Part shown: positions 25,760-39,200 of the stretch, piece after piece | Position numbering within the stretch: position 1 is the stretch's first letter | How the letters are laid out: each line of letters begins with the position of its first letter | Origin: Raja brachyura | Taxonomy: Eukaryota | Assembly (NCBI GenBank): GCA_963514005.1 | Contig: OY740810.1 | Location: 23,684,001-23,748,000, forward strand | DNA: 64,000 nt | Reading direction: 5' to 3' | The notes under the pieces: model-generated | Told to the model about the DNA's origin: nothing | Databases searched by the model: none | The model's input: the letters and a program-made list of their open reading frames with translations, nothing else | Made by a program: the position numbers and the translations under genes

Positions 25760-27500
25760 CAGTTGTTGAGGTGTTGCACTTTGGGAGGTCTAATGTAAGG
25801 GGAGAGAGTAGAGTTAATGTCAAGAACCATAAGAGCATTGGTGTACAGAGGGATCTCGGGGGAGGGGTGGGGGAGAGGATGCTGAAAGTGGCAACACAAG
25901 TAGATAGGGAGGTAATGAAGGCATATGGTGTGCTTGCCTTCACCGGTCAGTGCATTGTGTAGAAGAGCTGGAAAGTCATGCTGCAGCTTTATGTGACGTT
26001 GGTTTGGCTGCATTTTGGGTATTGCCTGCAGTTCTGGTCGCCCCACTATGGGACGGATGTAGAGCCTTTGTAGGGAGTGCAGAAGAGGTTTACTGGATTG
26101 CTGCCTGTGTTTGAGAGTATTGGCTATCAGGAGAGTTTTGACAAAATTGGATTGTTTTGTCTGGATTACTTTGGGAGACCTGATACAATAATTGAGGCAT
26201 AGATAATGTAGTCAGAACCTCTTTCACAGGGTAGAAATGGTTAAAAGGGATAGCCTCATCTACATTGTCGAATGTAGATAAAATGCCTCTTCAATATCTT
26301 TATTGTGTCAGGCATATAGATATACAGGGAATGAAGGGATATAGATCATGTGCAGATAGAGGAGATTAGTTTAAATGTTCCACACAGACATTGTGGGCTG
26401 AAGGGCCTGTTCCTGTGCTGTCCTGTTCTATGTTCCATGTTCTAGATTTCAATGCTGGGTGGAACATGAGGATGATAACCTTCTAATTCAGAGGAAAGAC
26501 TGGCTGATGCCAAAGATACCTCGCAGACCCAAAGTAGAGGGTGGTAGAAGCACATCAGGGTGATGAATGTGGATTAACATGAGATGAAGTAGAGTGAAAA
26601 TCAAAACCTGCAGATGTTAGAAATCTGAAATAAAATTGATGGGAATACTTAGCGTTAATGGAGTGAGGGCCATTGGGAGTCAGACCAGAAACGTTAACTA
26701 TGTCAGAATGGGAATGAAAGAATATAAATTAATTTCAGATGTAGATTAAGTGGGAGTGGGATGGATGATATCGAGATAATATCTTTGGTGACATATGACC
26801 AAATGTGTCCATGAAGCATTTGTAGGCACATTAGTCTTGTTATGAACATTAGATAACTATAATGTCTTGGAGGTCATTGCACATTAAGTAATAGCCAGCT
26901 TTGCGACTAGAGAACTTATTTAGAGGTTGCAACTGACCAGAAAGCTACACCTAATGTCTGTGCATAATAAAACTAGAAAAGGTAGTGCCCTGGAGAGTTT
27001 TGTAGAACAGAGAGGCTGAGGGGTACATGGTGCTCAGAGAATGGTGGTGCCGGATGGTGAGGAAGTTGTTTAGTATGCTTGCCTTCATTGATCAGTGCAA
27101 TGAGTGTTGGGTCATCCTGTTATAATTGTACAAGTAGTAATTGAGACCACACGATGTATTGAGTGAAGTTCTGGTTGCTCAGATGAGATGAATGGCTATT
27201 TTTTTCCACACAATAAGGGGATCGAGAATTGGGGGGGGGGGGGGTGTAGGTTTAAGGTGAGAGGTGAAAGATTTAAAAGGGACCTGGGTGGCAACTTTTT
27301 CATACAGAAATTGCTGGGTGTGTGGAATGAGCTGCCAGAGCAAAATGCAGAGGCAGGTACAATTACAATTAAAAGACATTTGGACAGATAGATAGAGAGG
27401 GATAGGGGACAAATGCAGACGAATAGGACCAGCTGAAATACACATCATGGTCAGCATGAGCAAGTTGGGCCAACAGCCCTATTTTCATGCTGTATGTGTC
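25760..27500 (+). mobile_element. Cluster of degenerate CR1 3' fragments
   Basis: EVLHFGRSN..QRDLG..LKVATQVDR and FKVRGERFKRDLGGNFF..VWNELPE remnants. Confidence 0.75.
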
Positions 27501-27529
27501 TTAATCTTTAAAAATTGTTCCCACCACAG

Positions 27530-27659
27530 ATCCTATGGATGAAGATGACATATTGGTTGTTGAGCCACTACCCGGGTCGTCTTTGCCAGTTAGTGAAGAA
27601 GTCAACATCACTTCCAGTGACAGTGAGGTGGAGATCATCAATATTGTAGATGATGAAAG
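27530..27659 (+). CDS. Arkadia-like coding exon 3, SIM1 and SIM2 (DEDDILVVE...EEVNITSSDSEVEIINI)
   Basis: CAG acceptor, GTAAGC donor; EEVNITSSDSEVEI matches Arkadia EEINVTSTDSEVEIV. Confidence 0.92.
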
Positions 27660-27904
27660 GTAAGCCGATGTACACGCTCTGTTCAGCCTCCTGATGGTGA
27701 TGTTGCAATTAGCAAAGCTTGTTCACCTCTGGTTGGGGGTAAAGTATGATTACTAATTCTGTGTACTCCACAGTAATACTAAAGACTAGTCGTATGTTGG
27801 GGACAGTTTCTCAGTTTATGTTAGTTTGCTTGTGGTGTTGAAACAGATTTGTATGATGTGCCATGGGAAGTATTAGAGGACTCTCATTGCTCTCGCCCAT
27901 ACAG

Positions 27905-28029
27905 GCCATCGGTGTCGGGAGCGTGGACTGGCCGCACTGTGAAGAAACTGACGCCCTCCAACGTCCAGGCTCCGCCTGGGCACCGAACAACATCGGCTGA
28001 GGTTGTAGACCTGACGCTCGATGATAATG
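27905..28029 (+). CDS. Arkadia-like coding exon 4, third SIM-like motif (SAEVVDLTLDDN)
   Basis: Pyrimidine tract plus CAG at 27904 gives the required phase; AEVVDLT signature; donor G|GTACGG. Confidence 0.88.
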
Positions 28030-28449
28030 GTACGGACTTGAGAACTTAGCCACCTCATTGTGCTTTAAAATGATTTAATCTTGATTTTATTTGCATGTAT
28101 TTTTTTAATGTCCCATTTTTTCTCATTTATTTCTTCAGCACCCCCACCCCAACCACCACCCCCCCTTCATCTTTGAAGGCCCTTCCCCTTTCTCAGTGCT
28201 TTGCGAATGCTCCCTTTTAAACAAACACTCATTTCCCTTGACATCCAGCTCACCCTAGACTTGCTGTACTTGCTGTGAACACGATTCTCTCACCCTTGAA
28301 GACTCCCACTTGTGGGACGTGGATTTAACCACTCGTAGTTGTTCTCCCTCTACATTTACCAAATCTTGCCTCGTGATGTTGAGATTGCCCTCCTCGCAGT
28401 ACAGAAAATCAACATCCTTAATTTCCATAATCACCTTAAAATGTTAAGC

Positions 28450-28730
28450 TTAGTTTAGTGATACAGGCCCTTCGGCCCACCGAGTCCACGCCGACCAACG
28501 ATCATGCTAACACTATCCTACACATACTAGGGAGAAATGGCAATTTTTATTAAGCCCATTAGCCTACAAACCTGTATGTCATTGGAGTGTGGGAGGGAAC
28601 AATAGTTCCCGAGGAAAACGCACGCAGGTCACGGGGACAACGTACAAACTCCGTACAGGCAACACCCGTGGTCAGGATCGGACCCGAGCGTCTGGCGCTG
28701 TAAGGCAGCAACTCTACTGCCACTGTGTTA
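28450..28730 (-). mobile_element. tRNA-derived SINE
   Basis: Reverse-complement match to the 2088-2400 family. Confidence 0.8.
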
Positions 28731-29689
28731 TGGTCACGTCCTCCAAAATGCTTGTCCACTGACATTTTTACAATGGTTTGTAAAATCAATACTTAAGGCT
28801 TCATTTTCCAGCTTGGTCTGTTTGAATGGTTCAGCTTAGGCTCCACAGACGTGCAGAATTTCATTCTGTTTTCTGGTTCACCTGCTGGCAGCTGACTGAA
28901 ATGCTCACATTCTGGGCGTTTTCATTGTTGAAGATGGGGATATTCTTTGAGCCACCTACTCCTGCTAGCTATTCAGTTTATTCTTCACAGCCTGATATGG
29001 CAGTACTGCATTATTTTTGATCTGACCCATCTGATGCAGTATCCCTCAGCAATGTCGCCTTTTGCTGTTTTGCACCAGTGGTCCTGTAAGGAAGGATGGT
29101 ACCAGATCTATAGAAATATATGCCTGGTGCTACTACTGAATGCTTTCTGCACTCTTTGAAATGGATGATTCTCTGCCTTGATAGTAATGGTAGTGCGAGG
29201 ATCCTCTGCCGTGAGGTTACACATTGTAGTGGAAGCACATTATTTCTGGTAAGGTGCTAAATTTGCGCAGAGCTAATCCCATTTCATTTGATGGCAGTGC
29301 CACAATACACAGTGAAGGGTGTCCTCAGCGTGAAAGCAAGGGTTTTGGCTCCTTATTGCAGTGAGCTCTGCCATGGGCACTCATTTTGAGGACAAGGTCA
29401 CGCTGGTTTACTCTCATGTTTACACAATGCCTGCCACTGGTCCAAACTGAGCCGTTCAGGATTTGGCAGCTCCACTCTTTCAGGGCCAGTCTTATCAAGC
29501 TGTTCTTGGCTAAGAACACTGCAGTCCCTCACTCAGAGAATATGCTGTGCTTGCTACTATTTCAGTATTTCCAAGTGTTGTTCAACGTCCAGGATTCATC
29601 AGATGAGAGCGGATAGTTGGCTGTAATCAGGAGGCAGTTTCCTTAGTCATGTTTGACCTGATGACTCAAGATAGCGCAGTATAGAGTAA

Positions 29690-31200
29690 ATTGCTCTTGT
29701 GTATCGTTCACCAAAAATACACAAAGACTTTATCACTCAATTTGTGGATTTCCTCGCAAACACTATGCTCAACTTTGATCGTGTCCTGATTCTTGGTGAT
29801 TTTAACATTCATGTTTGCTGTCCCGCTAAGTTTCTCATAAGTGAATTTATGCATCGGGTTGAGTCTTTCAGTCTGACTCTGCTTATCGCTGGAACTACTC
29901 ACAAGCTAGGCCATACACTCGACCCAGTCTTATCTTCCGGTTTTCCAATCTCAATCTCCAATATGGAAGCATTTGATGCCTGGCTGTCGGATCATAGTGC
30001 TGTTTTATTTGATGCATCTCTGCCTTTCTTTCCCACGGAATCTCATCTCCCTGTCCGCTGCTGTCACTACATTAACTCTTTGACTGCCAATAAGTTCTCT
30101 GAGGCTCTCATAGCTGCTCCCAATACCTGCACTATTGAGGCTTCTCCTCCCCATCACAGCACTGAGGAACTTATTTAATACCGCTTGCTCTTCCATTCTG
30201 AATTTTGTCGCTCCCCTTAACGTGAAAAAGCCCAGGCCTAAAGGTCGGCCTTGGCTTAATGACACCACCAGAGCCCTGAGGAGGGGGTACAGTAAATCAG
30301 AACTAAAGTGGAAGCGTGATAAGCTCCAAATTTCCTTTGATCTGTTGAGAAACAGTCTTCACAAATATCAGGAAGCAGAATACTTTTCTGATATTTCCAA
30401 CAACTCTCATAATCCCAAAGTGTTATTCAGTACCATAAATTCTGTCATCTGTCCTACCCCCATTACCAGCACGGATATGTCCCCTGCTAAGTGTGAAGAT
30501 TTTCCACAATTTTGTATTAGCTAAGTTGAGGACATTACAACGAACATCGTCGACTCCGGTAACTCTGCCATCCTGGTTCTTCTGCGGGGTCCCACATGGT
30601 TCCATCCTAGGCCCGATTCTCTTCTCTATGTACATGCTTCCCCTCGGTCAAATCATTCAAAAACACAACATCTCATTCCACTGTTATGCTGATGACACAC
30701 AGCTTTATCTCCACCCAAAACCACACAACCAGTCAAATTTAATCAATCTCATGAACTGCCTTGAGGACATAAAATGTTGCATGGCACAGAATTTCCTACA
30801 GCTGAATGAGAACAAGTCAGAAGTCATCCTATTTGGTCCCCCTGACTCCATCAAAGTGATTACCAGCCGCCTTGGCAACATATCCACCCTTGTCAAACCC
30901 CATGTCAAAAACCTTGGTGTGATATTTGATTCTGCCTTTAAGTTTGACAAGCAAATCAATTCAGTAGTGAAAACCAGTTTCTTCCAGCTTCGTACCATTT
31001 CCAAAATAAAACCCAAAGATCTTGGAGCGGAGCAAGATAGTCCACTCCTGCAAAATCCAATGGTCTAACATTGTACCTATGTGCTGTGTGCATTCCTGTG
31101 TATGTCTATTTCTTTTTGTGATTTTAGCTACCTGCTCTGGTCTGTACAGCACCTTGGTCAACGTGGGTTGTTTTTAAATGTGCTTTATCAGTAAATTTGA
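29690..31200 (+). mobile_element. L2-clade LINE with APE endonuclease and RT remnants, internally deleted
   Basis: YRSPK..ILGDFNIH..GHTLD..SDH (endonuclease); GVPHGSILGPILFSMYMLPLG..HCYADDTQLY (RT); L2-type 3' end tgtacagcaccttggtcaac..aatgtgcttta. Confidence 0.9.
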
Positions 31201-31207
31201 TTTTATT

Positions 31208-31530
31208 TGGCAGAGTTGCTGCCTTACAACACCAGAGATCCAGGTTCAATCCTGACCTCGGGTGCTGTCTGTATGGATTTTGTACGTTTTCCCTGCGACC
31301 CCATGTTTTCTCAGGGTGTTCCAAATTCCTACCACATCCCAAAAATGTGCAGGTTTTTAGGTTAATTGGCTTCTGTACATGATCTCTGGTATGTAGACTT
31401 TGGTAAAAATTGAATATTGTCCCTATTGTATAGGATAGTGCTAGTGTACGGGTGATTGCTGGTCGGCGTGGACATGGGCCGAAGGGCCTGTTTCCACCGT
31501 TGTATCTCTAACTAATTAACTAACTAACCA
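31208..31530 (+). mobile_element. tRNA-derived SINE
   Basis: Same family; B box ggttcaatcc; (ctaa)n tail. Confidence 0.8.
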
Positions 31531-32229
31531 AGACTGCGTAGTGGTCTCACGTCAGCCTTTAGACCTCGTATCAATGTACGGCACCATTGGGTTAGTTCTG
31601 CCCTTCTGTGGAATATTGTACGCAGGGAATAGGATCGCATGTTGTCTGGAGGGTGAGATGCTGTGGACAAACTACATCAGGATATTGATCGATTTCTCAA
31701 TTTAGCCATCAGTCCCCAGATGCTTGTGAGAAGAACTATGTAAGGATCGATTGGACAGGGAATGGCTTTACTTCCATATTAGTACATTTTTAAGCAGCTT
31801 GCTGGACCAATTCCCACGAGAGTCATTTCTGCTGATCTGTAGTCAACATCTTGTCCAGACCAGTGACTGTGACACATTTTCTCTCTTTAGACGTTAGTGA
31901 ACATCCATGTTGAACAACAGCGGGTGATGATAAGTGATGATAACAAGCCCAAAGAATGTACATTTTTATGATTGTTTTTGTAATCTCAATTCCTCGATCT
32001 ATTTAGGTTCCAGACCACTAGCTGAATTTGTGGGTTTCCTGATTCAGTCATTTATCTGCATTGCTGCCGCCATTTTCCATATTTTAATATTGGTTGTGTG
32101 ATGTTTTTCTTGATGACAAACCTCATGGAAATCTTTAAGAATGTTCTGGGTGAACTCATAGTTATTCTTAGCTGGGCAGTATATTTTGTTTCCTTGTTGG
32201 TCGGGTGGGGTTGACAATTCATTTTTAAA

Positions 32230-32500
32230 GGTGACATAGTGGTGCAGAAGTTGAGTTACTGCCTTGCAGCGCCAGAGACTTGGGTTTGATCCTGACGATG
32301 GGTGCTGTCTGTATGGAGTTCTGCGTGTGCTGGTTTCCTCCCACACTACAAAGGCATGCAAGTTTGTAGGTTAATTGGCTTAGATAAAATTATAACTTGT
32401 CCCCGATTTGTAGGAGAGTGCTAATGTACAGGGTGATCACTGGTTGGTGTGGATTCGGCGGGCCAAAGGTCCTGTTTCCGTGATGTATCTCTAAGTCTAA
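32230..32500 (+). mobile_element. tRNA-derived SINE with internal deletion
   Basis: Same family. Confidence 0.75.
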
Positions 32501-32576
32501 AGTATGATGTGGGATTGGTGTTCAAATATTCCCACGTGCTGCTTCACCCTTTTTTTTGTCTCTGATTTTGTGGCAG

Positions 32577-32780
32577 ATCCGCTGACTGTACAGGGTGAGC
32601 ACCCTCTTGACGACTCCCTCAGTAGCCCTGAAATTGTGCAACCAGGTTTGTCGATAGATGCATCATCGGGAATTTCCTTACCAGTCGACGTCAGTGCAAC
32701 AAACATACTTTCGACATCCTTCAGCAGCACAGCTTCTCGTACGTCTACGGTCAGCTCGGAGGCTTCACATACGACTTTGG
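32577..32780 (+). CDS. Arkadia-like coding exon 5 (Ser/Thr-rich, DPLTVQ...SHTTLG)
   Basis: Strong pyrimidine tract plus CAG; phase 1-1; donor G|GTAGTG; S/T-rich like the equivalent RNF111 region. Confidence 0.75.
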
Positions 32781-33687
32781 GTAGTGTATTGACTCTCTAC
32801 CTGTACATCTCACCCGTGCACCTTTATTTCATATCCCGCGCTGTCACCATATGTAACACTCGTCTAGTTCTAGTAATATGCCGTGTAGAATTGTCACTGC
32901 ACAGAAGTGGCGATCAAATCTGTGCTGCCTGCGGTAGTGCTGTTAGAGCATGTCAGGCAGTAAGGTTCTCCTCCTCTCCCATTATGCCCCGACCACTTGG
33001 CCTGCATGTTGTTCTCTCTGGTGTCTAACCAATTCCTTTTTGAAACCAGTGAGTCTGTTTCCTCCTTACCTCCCGCACTGATGCCCGGCTACCGCGCATG
33101 GCATCCTTCCCAGGTTCTCCAGCACCCAGCATCATTAAGTCTGCAAGATGTTGTAAGATTGCGTGAATTAGCAGGATTGGGGTCCTCGTCACAATTTTAT
33201 CAGGCATTGGCTGATCAGATTGTAAGCTCGCCTCGGCTTTCCCATATGTCAGCACAAACTTTTTGCCTCGTTTTTCATGCACTCCTCTACCCTAAAGTTT
33301 ACTGACTTAGTTGCACAACCATGGACCATAAGACACAGGAGCAGAATTAGGCCATTCGGCCCATGGAGTCTGCTCCGCCATTCATTTGTGCTGATCTATT
33401 TTCCACTTTCCGCCCCATTCACTTGGCTTCTCCTGTTGATTTTCCTCGTGATTAGACATTTGTCAATCTCAGCCTTAAACATACGCAAGAATTCTGCTAT
33501 GTTGCAAGGTGTTCTGAAGACTTAAATGATTGCGTTCTTCAGTGTTAGATTGGGTGCAGACTTATTCTGAGAGCATTCCTTCTGGTTGTGCAGCCCCTCG
33601 AGAGGAAAATTCCTCAACATTAAGTGAAAAATAAAAAAAAACTAAATACTTGGGGGTGGGGGGAAACCCCAGCACCTTGTGTCTTTG

Positions 33688-34015
33688 GTTAGTTTAGAGA
33701 CACAGCACGGAAACGGGTCCTTTGGCCCACCGGATCCGCGCCGACCAGCCAACCCCGCAAATTAACACTGTCCTACACACACTAGCGATAATTGTTTCAT
33801 TTACCAAGCCAATTTACCTGCAAACCTGTACGTCTTTTGAGTGTGGGAGGAAACCGAAGATCTCTGAGAAAACCCACACGGTCACAGGGTGAACGTACAA
33901 ACTCCGTACAGACAGCACCCTGGATGGACAGCACCCTCCGTACAGACAGTCTGGATGGAAGCCGGGTCTCCGGCACTGCAAGCGCTGTAAGGTAGCAACT
34001 CTACCACTGCGCCCT
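33688..34015 (-). mobile_element. tRNA-derived SINE with internal rearranged duplication at ~33904-33960
   Basis: Same family; ccgtacagacag and ctggatgga each occur twice. Confidence 0.8.
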
Positions 34016-34032
34016 CCTGCCACCCTCCTGCA

Positions 34033-34193
34033 CAGTGGTTCTTAACCTTTTTGGCACCAGTACGCGCATACACAAACAAAATACTGTATGTGGTATGTAT
34101 CTTTGTTATGTTCCTAAACATGGGTCAACAAATTGATATGTTATTTGTGTCCCCTTCATGACCCCCCGGCAAAGACCCTTCACAGAACCACTG
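34033..34193. mobile_element. hAT/Charlie-like MITE remnant
   Basis: Termini CAGTGGTTCT...AGAACCACTG; 8-bp flanks ctcctgca / ctctagca. Confidence 0.55.
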
Positions 34194-35095
34194 CTCTAGC
34201 ACTTTGTGCCATATCTCCAGAGATGCTGCCTGACCTGCTGAGTTACTTCAGCACTTTCTGCTTGATACACCGTGTGGATCAGGGATATTTATAGAAAGAG
34301 AAACGGAACAAACATTTCACTGCAGCTAAACATAAACCAATCAATCCATCTGTAGAAGGAGCACAAACTGAAGCATCACCCTGCTGTGATCCTACCTGAC
34401 TGACTGTTCCTCCAGTACGTTGTGTTTTGATTTAATAAAAAGTATTGATCAGGAAATGAGGGACAGGTTATGGATTCACTCTTCAGATATACGAGCAGAA
34501 TTAGGCCATTACACCTATCTAGTCTGCTTTGTCGTTTGATTTCAAACGACTCTTACAATTTTTCCCTTTCTCCTGCCTTCTCTCCGTGACTTTTAACACC
34601 CTTATTAATCAAGAGCCTATCAAACCCCGCTTTAAAAACACCTAAATGACTTGTCCTCCACAGCTGTCTGTGGCAATGAGTTCCACAGATTTGCCACTCT
34701 CTGGCTAAAGAAATTCCTCCTCAGCCATGATCACATTGAATGGCGGTGCTGGCTAGAAGGGCCAAATGGCCTACTCCTACACCTATTGTCTATTATCTCC
34801 AATCTAAAGATGAGTCCTTTTATTCTGAGGCTGTGTCATCTGGTTCTAGATTCTCCCACTAGTAGAAACATCCTCTTCACATCCACATTATCAAAGCCAT
34901 CCAAGAAAAGTACTGAGACTAGCTGTTTTTGTTGGGGGAAGAGAGGTTGTTGAAATACTCTTGTGGTATTTCCTGAAATACTCTTGTGGTTTAGGGAAGA
35001 AGTTTTTTTGAAGACTTGTGAAATCTGTGGCTGATTGACTAAACGAGGAAAGCAGCTGTCTTCACGAGTTGCATTAATTGTTGGTTGTTTTACAG

Positions 35096-35490
35096 GAGAG
35101 ATGCCTATCACTGCAAGCACTACCAGCTTAATGTCAACATCCTGTCAACACCAGAGGACATCAAAATATACTGCCTGCTGTACCCAACGCTGCCTCTGCA
35201 GATCAACCAGGCTGGTGTCTCACCAAACCCGCCCTGCCCAGTCGTACTTCCAGCAGTATCATATCGGACATGTCCAGGGCCAGGTGTACCAAGCCCAATG
35301 TTCACAGCCTCAGCATCTCCATTCCCACTCCCAATTCCTTAACCATCAAAGCCACCAGACCTGGGCACACCAGCCTTACCCACAGTTTCCACCACTCGGG
35401 TTCCAGCACGTTCAACAGGCAAATTCGCAGTCGATGCTCAGCAGTGTTAGCCCACAAGCAGGGGATACCTCGGCCAACCAGGAGAACCAG
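35096..35490 (+). CDS. Arkadia-like coding exon 6 (Cys, His and Gln-rich, GEMPIT...NQENQ)
   Basis: Acceptor tttTACAG, donor CAG|GTAAAC; CC..C..C followed by an H/Q-rich tract as in Arkadia. Confidence 0.8.
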
Positions 35491-36220
35491 GTAAACATGC
35501 GCTAGTGAAAGTGAGGGTCAGTCTTGTGTGGTTTCCTACAGTGATGGAGTGGTGAGTTTTGAATTCTGAGTTGTATCCAAACCACCTTATTTCCACCATA
35601 TATTGTGGAAATGTATTTAAAGTGGACCTTGCAATTGTATTTTAGGTTTCAGAAATGCCAGAAAGTGCACTGTTTAAACGGTTGGGTTTATTATTGCCAT
35701 GTGTAGCGAGGTATGGCAAACGGCTTTGTTTTGCATGCTATCCAATCAAATCGGGTAATAATGCACATAAATACAATCAAGCCCAACTCAAGTACTCGAG
35801 GTAGAGCAAAGGTAAAGATACAGTGAATATAGTTCTCAGCATTGGAGTGCAAAAGTTCCAGAGACGCAATCCGACGTCTGCAATGAGGTAGAGGAGAATC
35901 AACTATACCCTAGCTTATTGGATCTTGTTAGCTGAGGATGGTTACAGTTTGGGACATCACTGAATCTGCCACTTCTGGGTACTGTTCAGGGATCCACTAG
36001 AACGTTACTCTGTTGAATCTCATTAGCGGGCCATTTGTTTACGGGAAGATGATGACTATGGGAATGGAGTTGTGTAACCCAAACAGGGGAGGCAAGGGGG
36101 TAATGTGGGCCTTCAATTCTTATGATGCACGTTCATTTTGTGATTTTTAAGTGTTGATGCAAGACTGAATTATATTTCGTAGAACCTCTGCTGATTTGTT
36201 TTCCTTACCGGTAACTTTAG

Positions 36221-36524
36221 GCTCCTTTATGTGACCTCACTAACACGGCAGAAGATGTTGAGGGGGTTGAAGCTGCCCAGAAGAGCAGTGCCCAGGTATC
36301 ATCATGGCATGCCCACAGTTCCCAGGAGATGGAAGTGAATGGAAACCAGCCACCGACAGTTTTGTCACCAATCCTTTGGCACTCTCACGGTTCTCCTCTA
36401 AATGAGGGTAATGGCAGCCAGCCCGGTGCAGACAAGCACGGCACAGTTCAATCGCCCACCTGTATCATTTCAGCTTGGCAAGAGTCTAGCATCCAGCCAA
36501 GCGAGGTTCGAAGAATTCAGTCAG
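36221..36524 (+). CDS. Arkadia-like coding exon 7 (APLCDLTN...RRIQS)
   Basis: TTTAG acceptor (phase 0); LCDLTN resembles Arkadia PVDLSN; donor CAG|GTGCGC gives the phase 1 needed by the next exon. Confidence 0.72.
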
Positions 36525-38390
36525 GTGCGCTTGAATCCCACAGTCACGAAGGGCATGGCAAACGTCACCAGTTCCCCAATTACGTGTCTGATTCCATTGT
36601 GTGTATCTTTATTATTTATCTCTGTTTCTTACAGGTGTATTCTGTCAGGGTTTTACTTAAAGAATTAGAATATAGAATGTGAGCTGTGAGGAATAGTCTA
36701 CAGAGTAAACAAGCACTGCAGATGCTGCAATCCTGAGCAAAAGAAAAGGGCTGGAGTAACTCAACAGGTCACGCAGCATCTCTGAAGAACCAGCTTTCTT
36801 CCCTCCCACCTCCCCCGCCCCCACTCACCCCCCTGCTGAAGGAGGGTCCCAACCCGAAACATCTCCTGTTCATGTTCTACAGAGGTGCTGGCTGACCCTC
36901 TCGGTTACCCAGCGTTTTGTGTTTTTTGCTCAAGCGAGATGGAGAGATTGGGCAGGGGAATTGGTTTCTTAACTTGTGGGTTGATTTTGCTACTTTACCT
37001 CACCCGTCTTATTTTCCTAAAGTGAAAGTGAGCTGGTCACTTTCTTCACCTCCACCATCTTCCATTCATCTCCTAACCAACTTTACAGACACAAAATTCA
37101 AGGAGGATACAGATACATCTTGACGAACAAGAAAATCAGATTTTGATGGAAAAAAAGTAGAGAGAGGTCAACATGGGGACGCAAATATCATTGGGGAAAA
37201 ATAATGAGATTTACAGGATAATTGAAGGCCGGCAATTATTATTATTTAAAACGCTAAAAAGCTGGAGTGAAATGAATGGGGCTTAGACAGATAAAGACTG
37301 TCAGAGATACACAAAAATGATAGAACAACTTTTATTACTGGCATGGAAACGGAATAAAGAAAAATTAAATGTTAAAATCCATGGAGATAAGTGGTAGATA
37401 CAAACCACAACTGAATGAAGTCTGAGAAGTGAAGATCTTAGTAATGGCAGGTTGACAAAAGTTGCAAATAAAGACTGGGGCATAATAAATGCTGGGCAAT
37501 TATTCAATTTATTTTTTACTCTACAAGGTACGTGAAGTAAGCCGGCTAATGAAGTTCAGGTGTCAATCAGCTGCATTCTAGTTGACAGGGCCAGGTTTGA
37601 TAGAAGAATAACAGAGAGTCACGCTTGATTATGTGGACACCGTATCCTGAGTGACGATGATACCAGGACTGAGATGTAATAACCAGCAGGAAAGATAGAA
37701 CAAGCATTTTAGAGAAAATAGGAATCTCACCAATATCCTTAAAATTAAGCAGGGATTATATGGAGTGAACATACAGGTCATGTATGTGCTTGTGGGACAG
37801 TTTAAACTAAGGGTCATAAAGTACGTTGGTCAATGATGAGGCCAGTTAGAGACGTTTCTTTACTGAGAAAGTAGTGAGAAGGTGTAGCCCATTGGGAAGG
37901 TGCAGGTCATAGTCAGCTGCATTTAAAGGGAAATGCTAGATGAGAGAGGGGAAGGTTACACCTGTAAAGCCAGGCGATGGTTGTTGGCTAAAGATGTGTG
38001 GGTTATAAATGGAAGCACAAATTTAATTTCCCAATTACCCTGATTTTGCAGTGTAATTCGGTGTAAATCTGTCTAATATTTTATTCATGCCAATGGTCTT
38101 GTGATGAGTAATGTGGCATAAATGTATGGTTATCTCTGGTATCGTCTTCTGCTGTGCCTCATTGGGAGTGGTGTAATTGAGGAGAATCAGCATAATTTTG
38201 GTCTCGAAGACTATTGTACTGTAGCCGGCAAAACCTCAGGCAGCCAAATCACGTGTCGTTTGAACTTTCTGTAGCTTATGGCTGAGAGTGTTACCAACTA
38301 GATTAGGCAGTCTTTCATCTATCATGTAACAACTGGACTCATTCTCCGGTATCACTCTAAACCGGATTCTTATTCTTTGCTTCTTTACAG

Positions 38391-38826
38391 ACTCTGCATT
38401 TTCAAGTGCTTTATCTCGTCCCACACCCTCTACTCAGGCAGCAAGCCAGTCCTGCCAGCCTGCCAGATCAACCAGTTACCCCATTGCCCGACCTGTGCCA
38501 TCATATCACGGTCGCATGCAACATGGGCTCTTGACCACGTACAGGCCCAATGCTTCCCAACAGCTCCCCACTCTGCCAACTTCTCACCAGCCAGTGCCAC
38601 CTCTACATTTGGTACCATTTCAACAGCCGCCCTTGACGGCCACTCCTGTGCTGATGAACACACCGTTGGTACCTCCCACCACCCCACCACAGCCGCAACA
38701 ACAGTGCTCTGTGTACCAGCAGCAACAACAGTGCTCCGTGTACCAGTACCAGCAGCAACAACAGTGCTCAGTGTACCAGCAAAGAGGCCCCGAGATCCAA
38801 AGAAATCATTGGATGGAGACTGTCAG
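38391..38826 (+). CDS. Arkadia-like coding exon 8 (Pro/Gln-rich, SAFSSALSRP...HWMETVR)
   Basis: Long pyrimidine tract plus CAG, open frame includes ORF 38495..38830, donor AG|GTAAGA. Confidence 0.8.
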
Positions 38827-38919
38827 GTAAGATGTTTGGCTCACCTAGTCATCGAGCGATACAGCACAGAAACTGGCCCTTTGGGTTGCTGAGAGAATTC
38901 AATCTATCCTCCCTTGGGA

Positions 38920-39200
38920 GAGACATTGGTGCAGCGGTAGAACTGCTGCCTGACAGCACCAGGGACCCGGGTTCGATCATGACCACGGGTGTTGTCCAGC
39001 ACGTTCTCGCTGTGACCACGTGGGTTTTCTCCGGGTGCTCCGGTTTTGTCCCACACTCCAAAGACGTACGGGTTTGTAGGTTAATTGGCTTTTGTAAGCA
39101 GTAAAATTGTCTCCAATGCGTGTAGGTTAGTGTACAGGGTGATCGACGTTCGGCGTGATGGGCCGAAGGGCTGGTTTCTGCACTGTATTTCTAAACTACA
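38920..39200 (+). mobile_element. tRNA-derived SINE
   Basis: Same family; B box GGTTCGATC. Confidence 0.8.

Noticed and set aside
27841-27904. Alternative acceptor at 27846 for the third-SIM exon
   Set aside because: Wrong phase, giving an immediate TGA; the acceptor at 27904 fits
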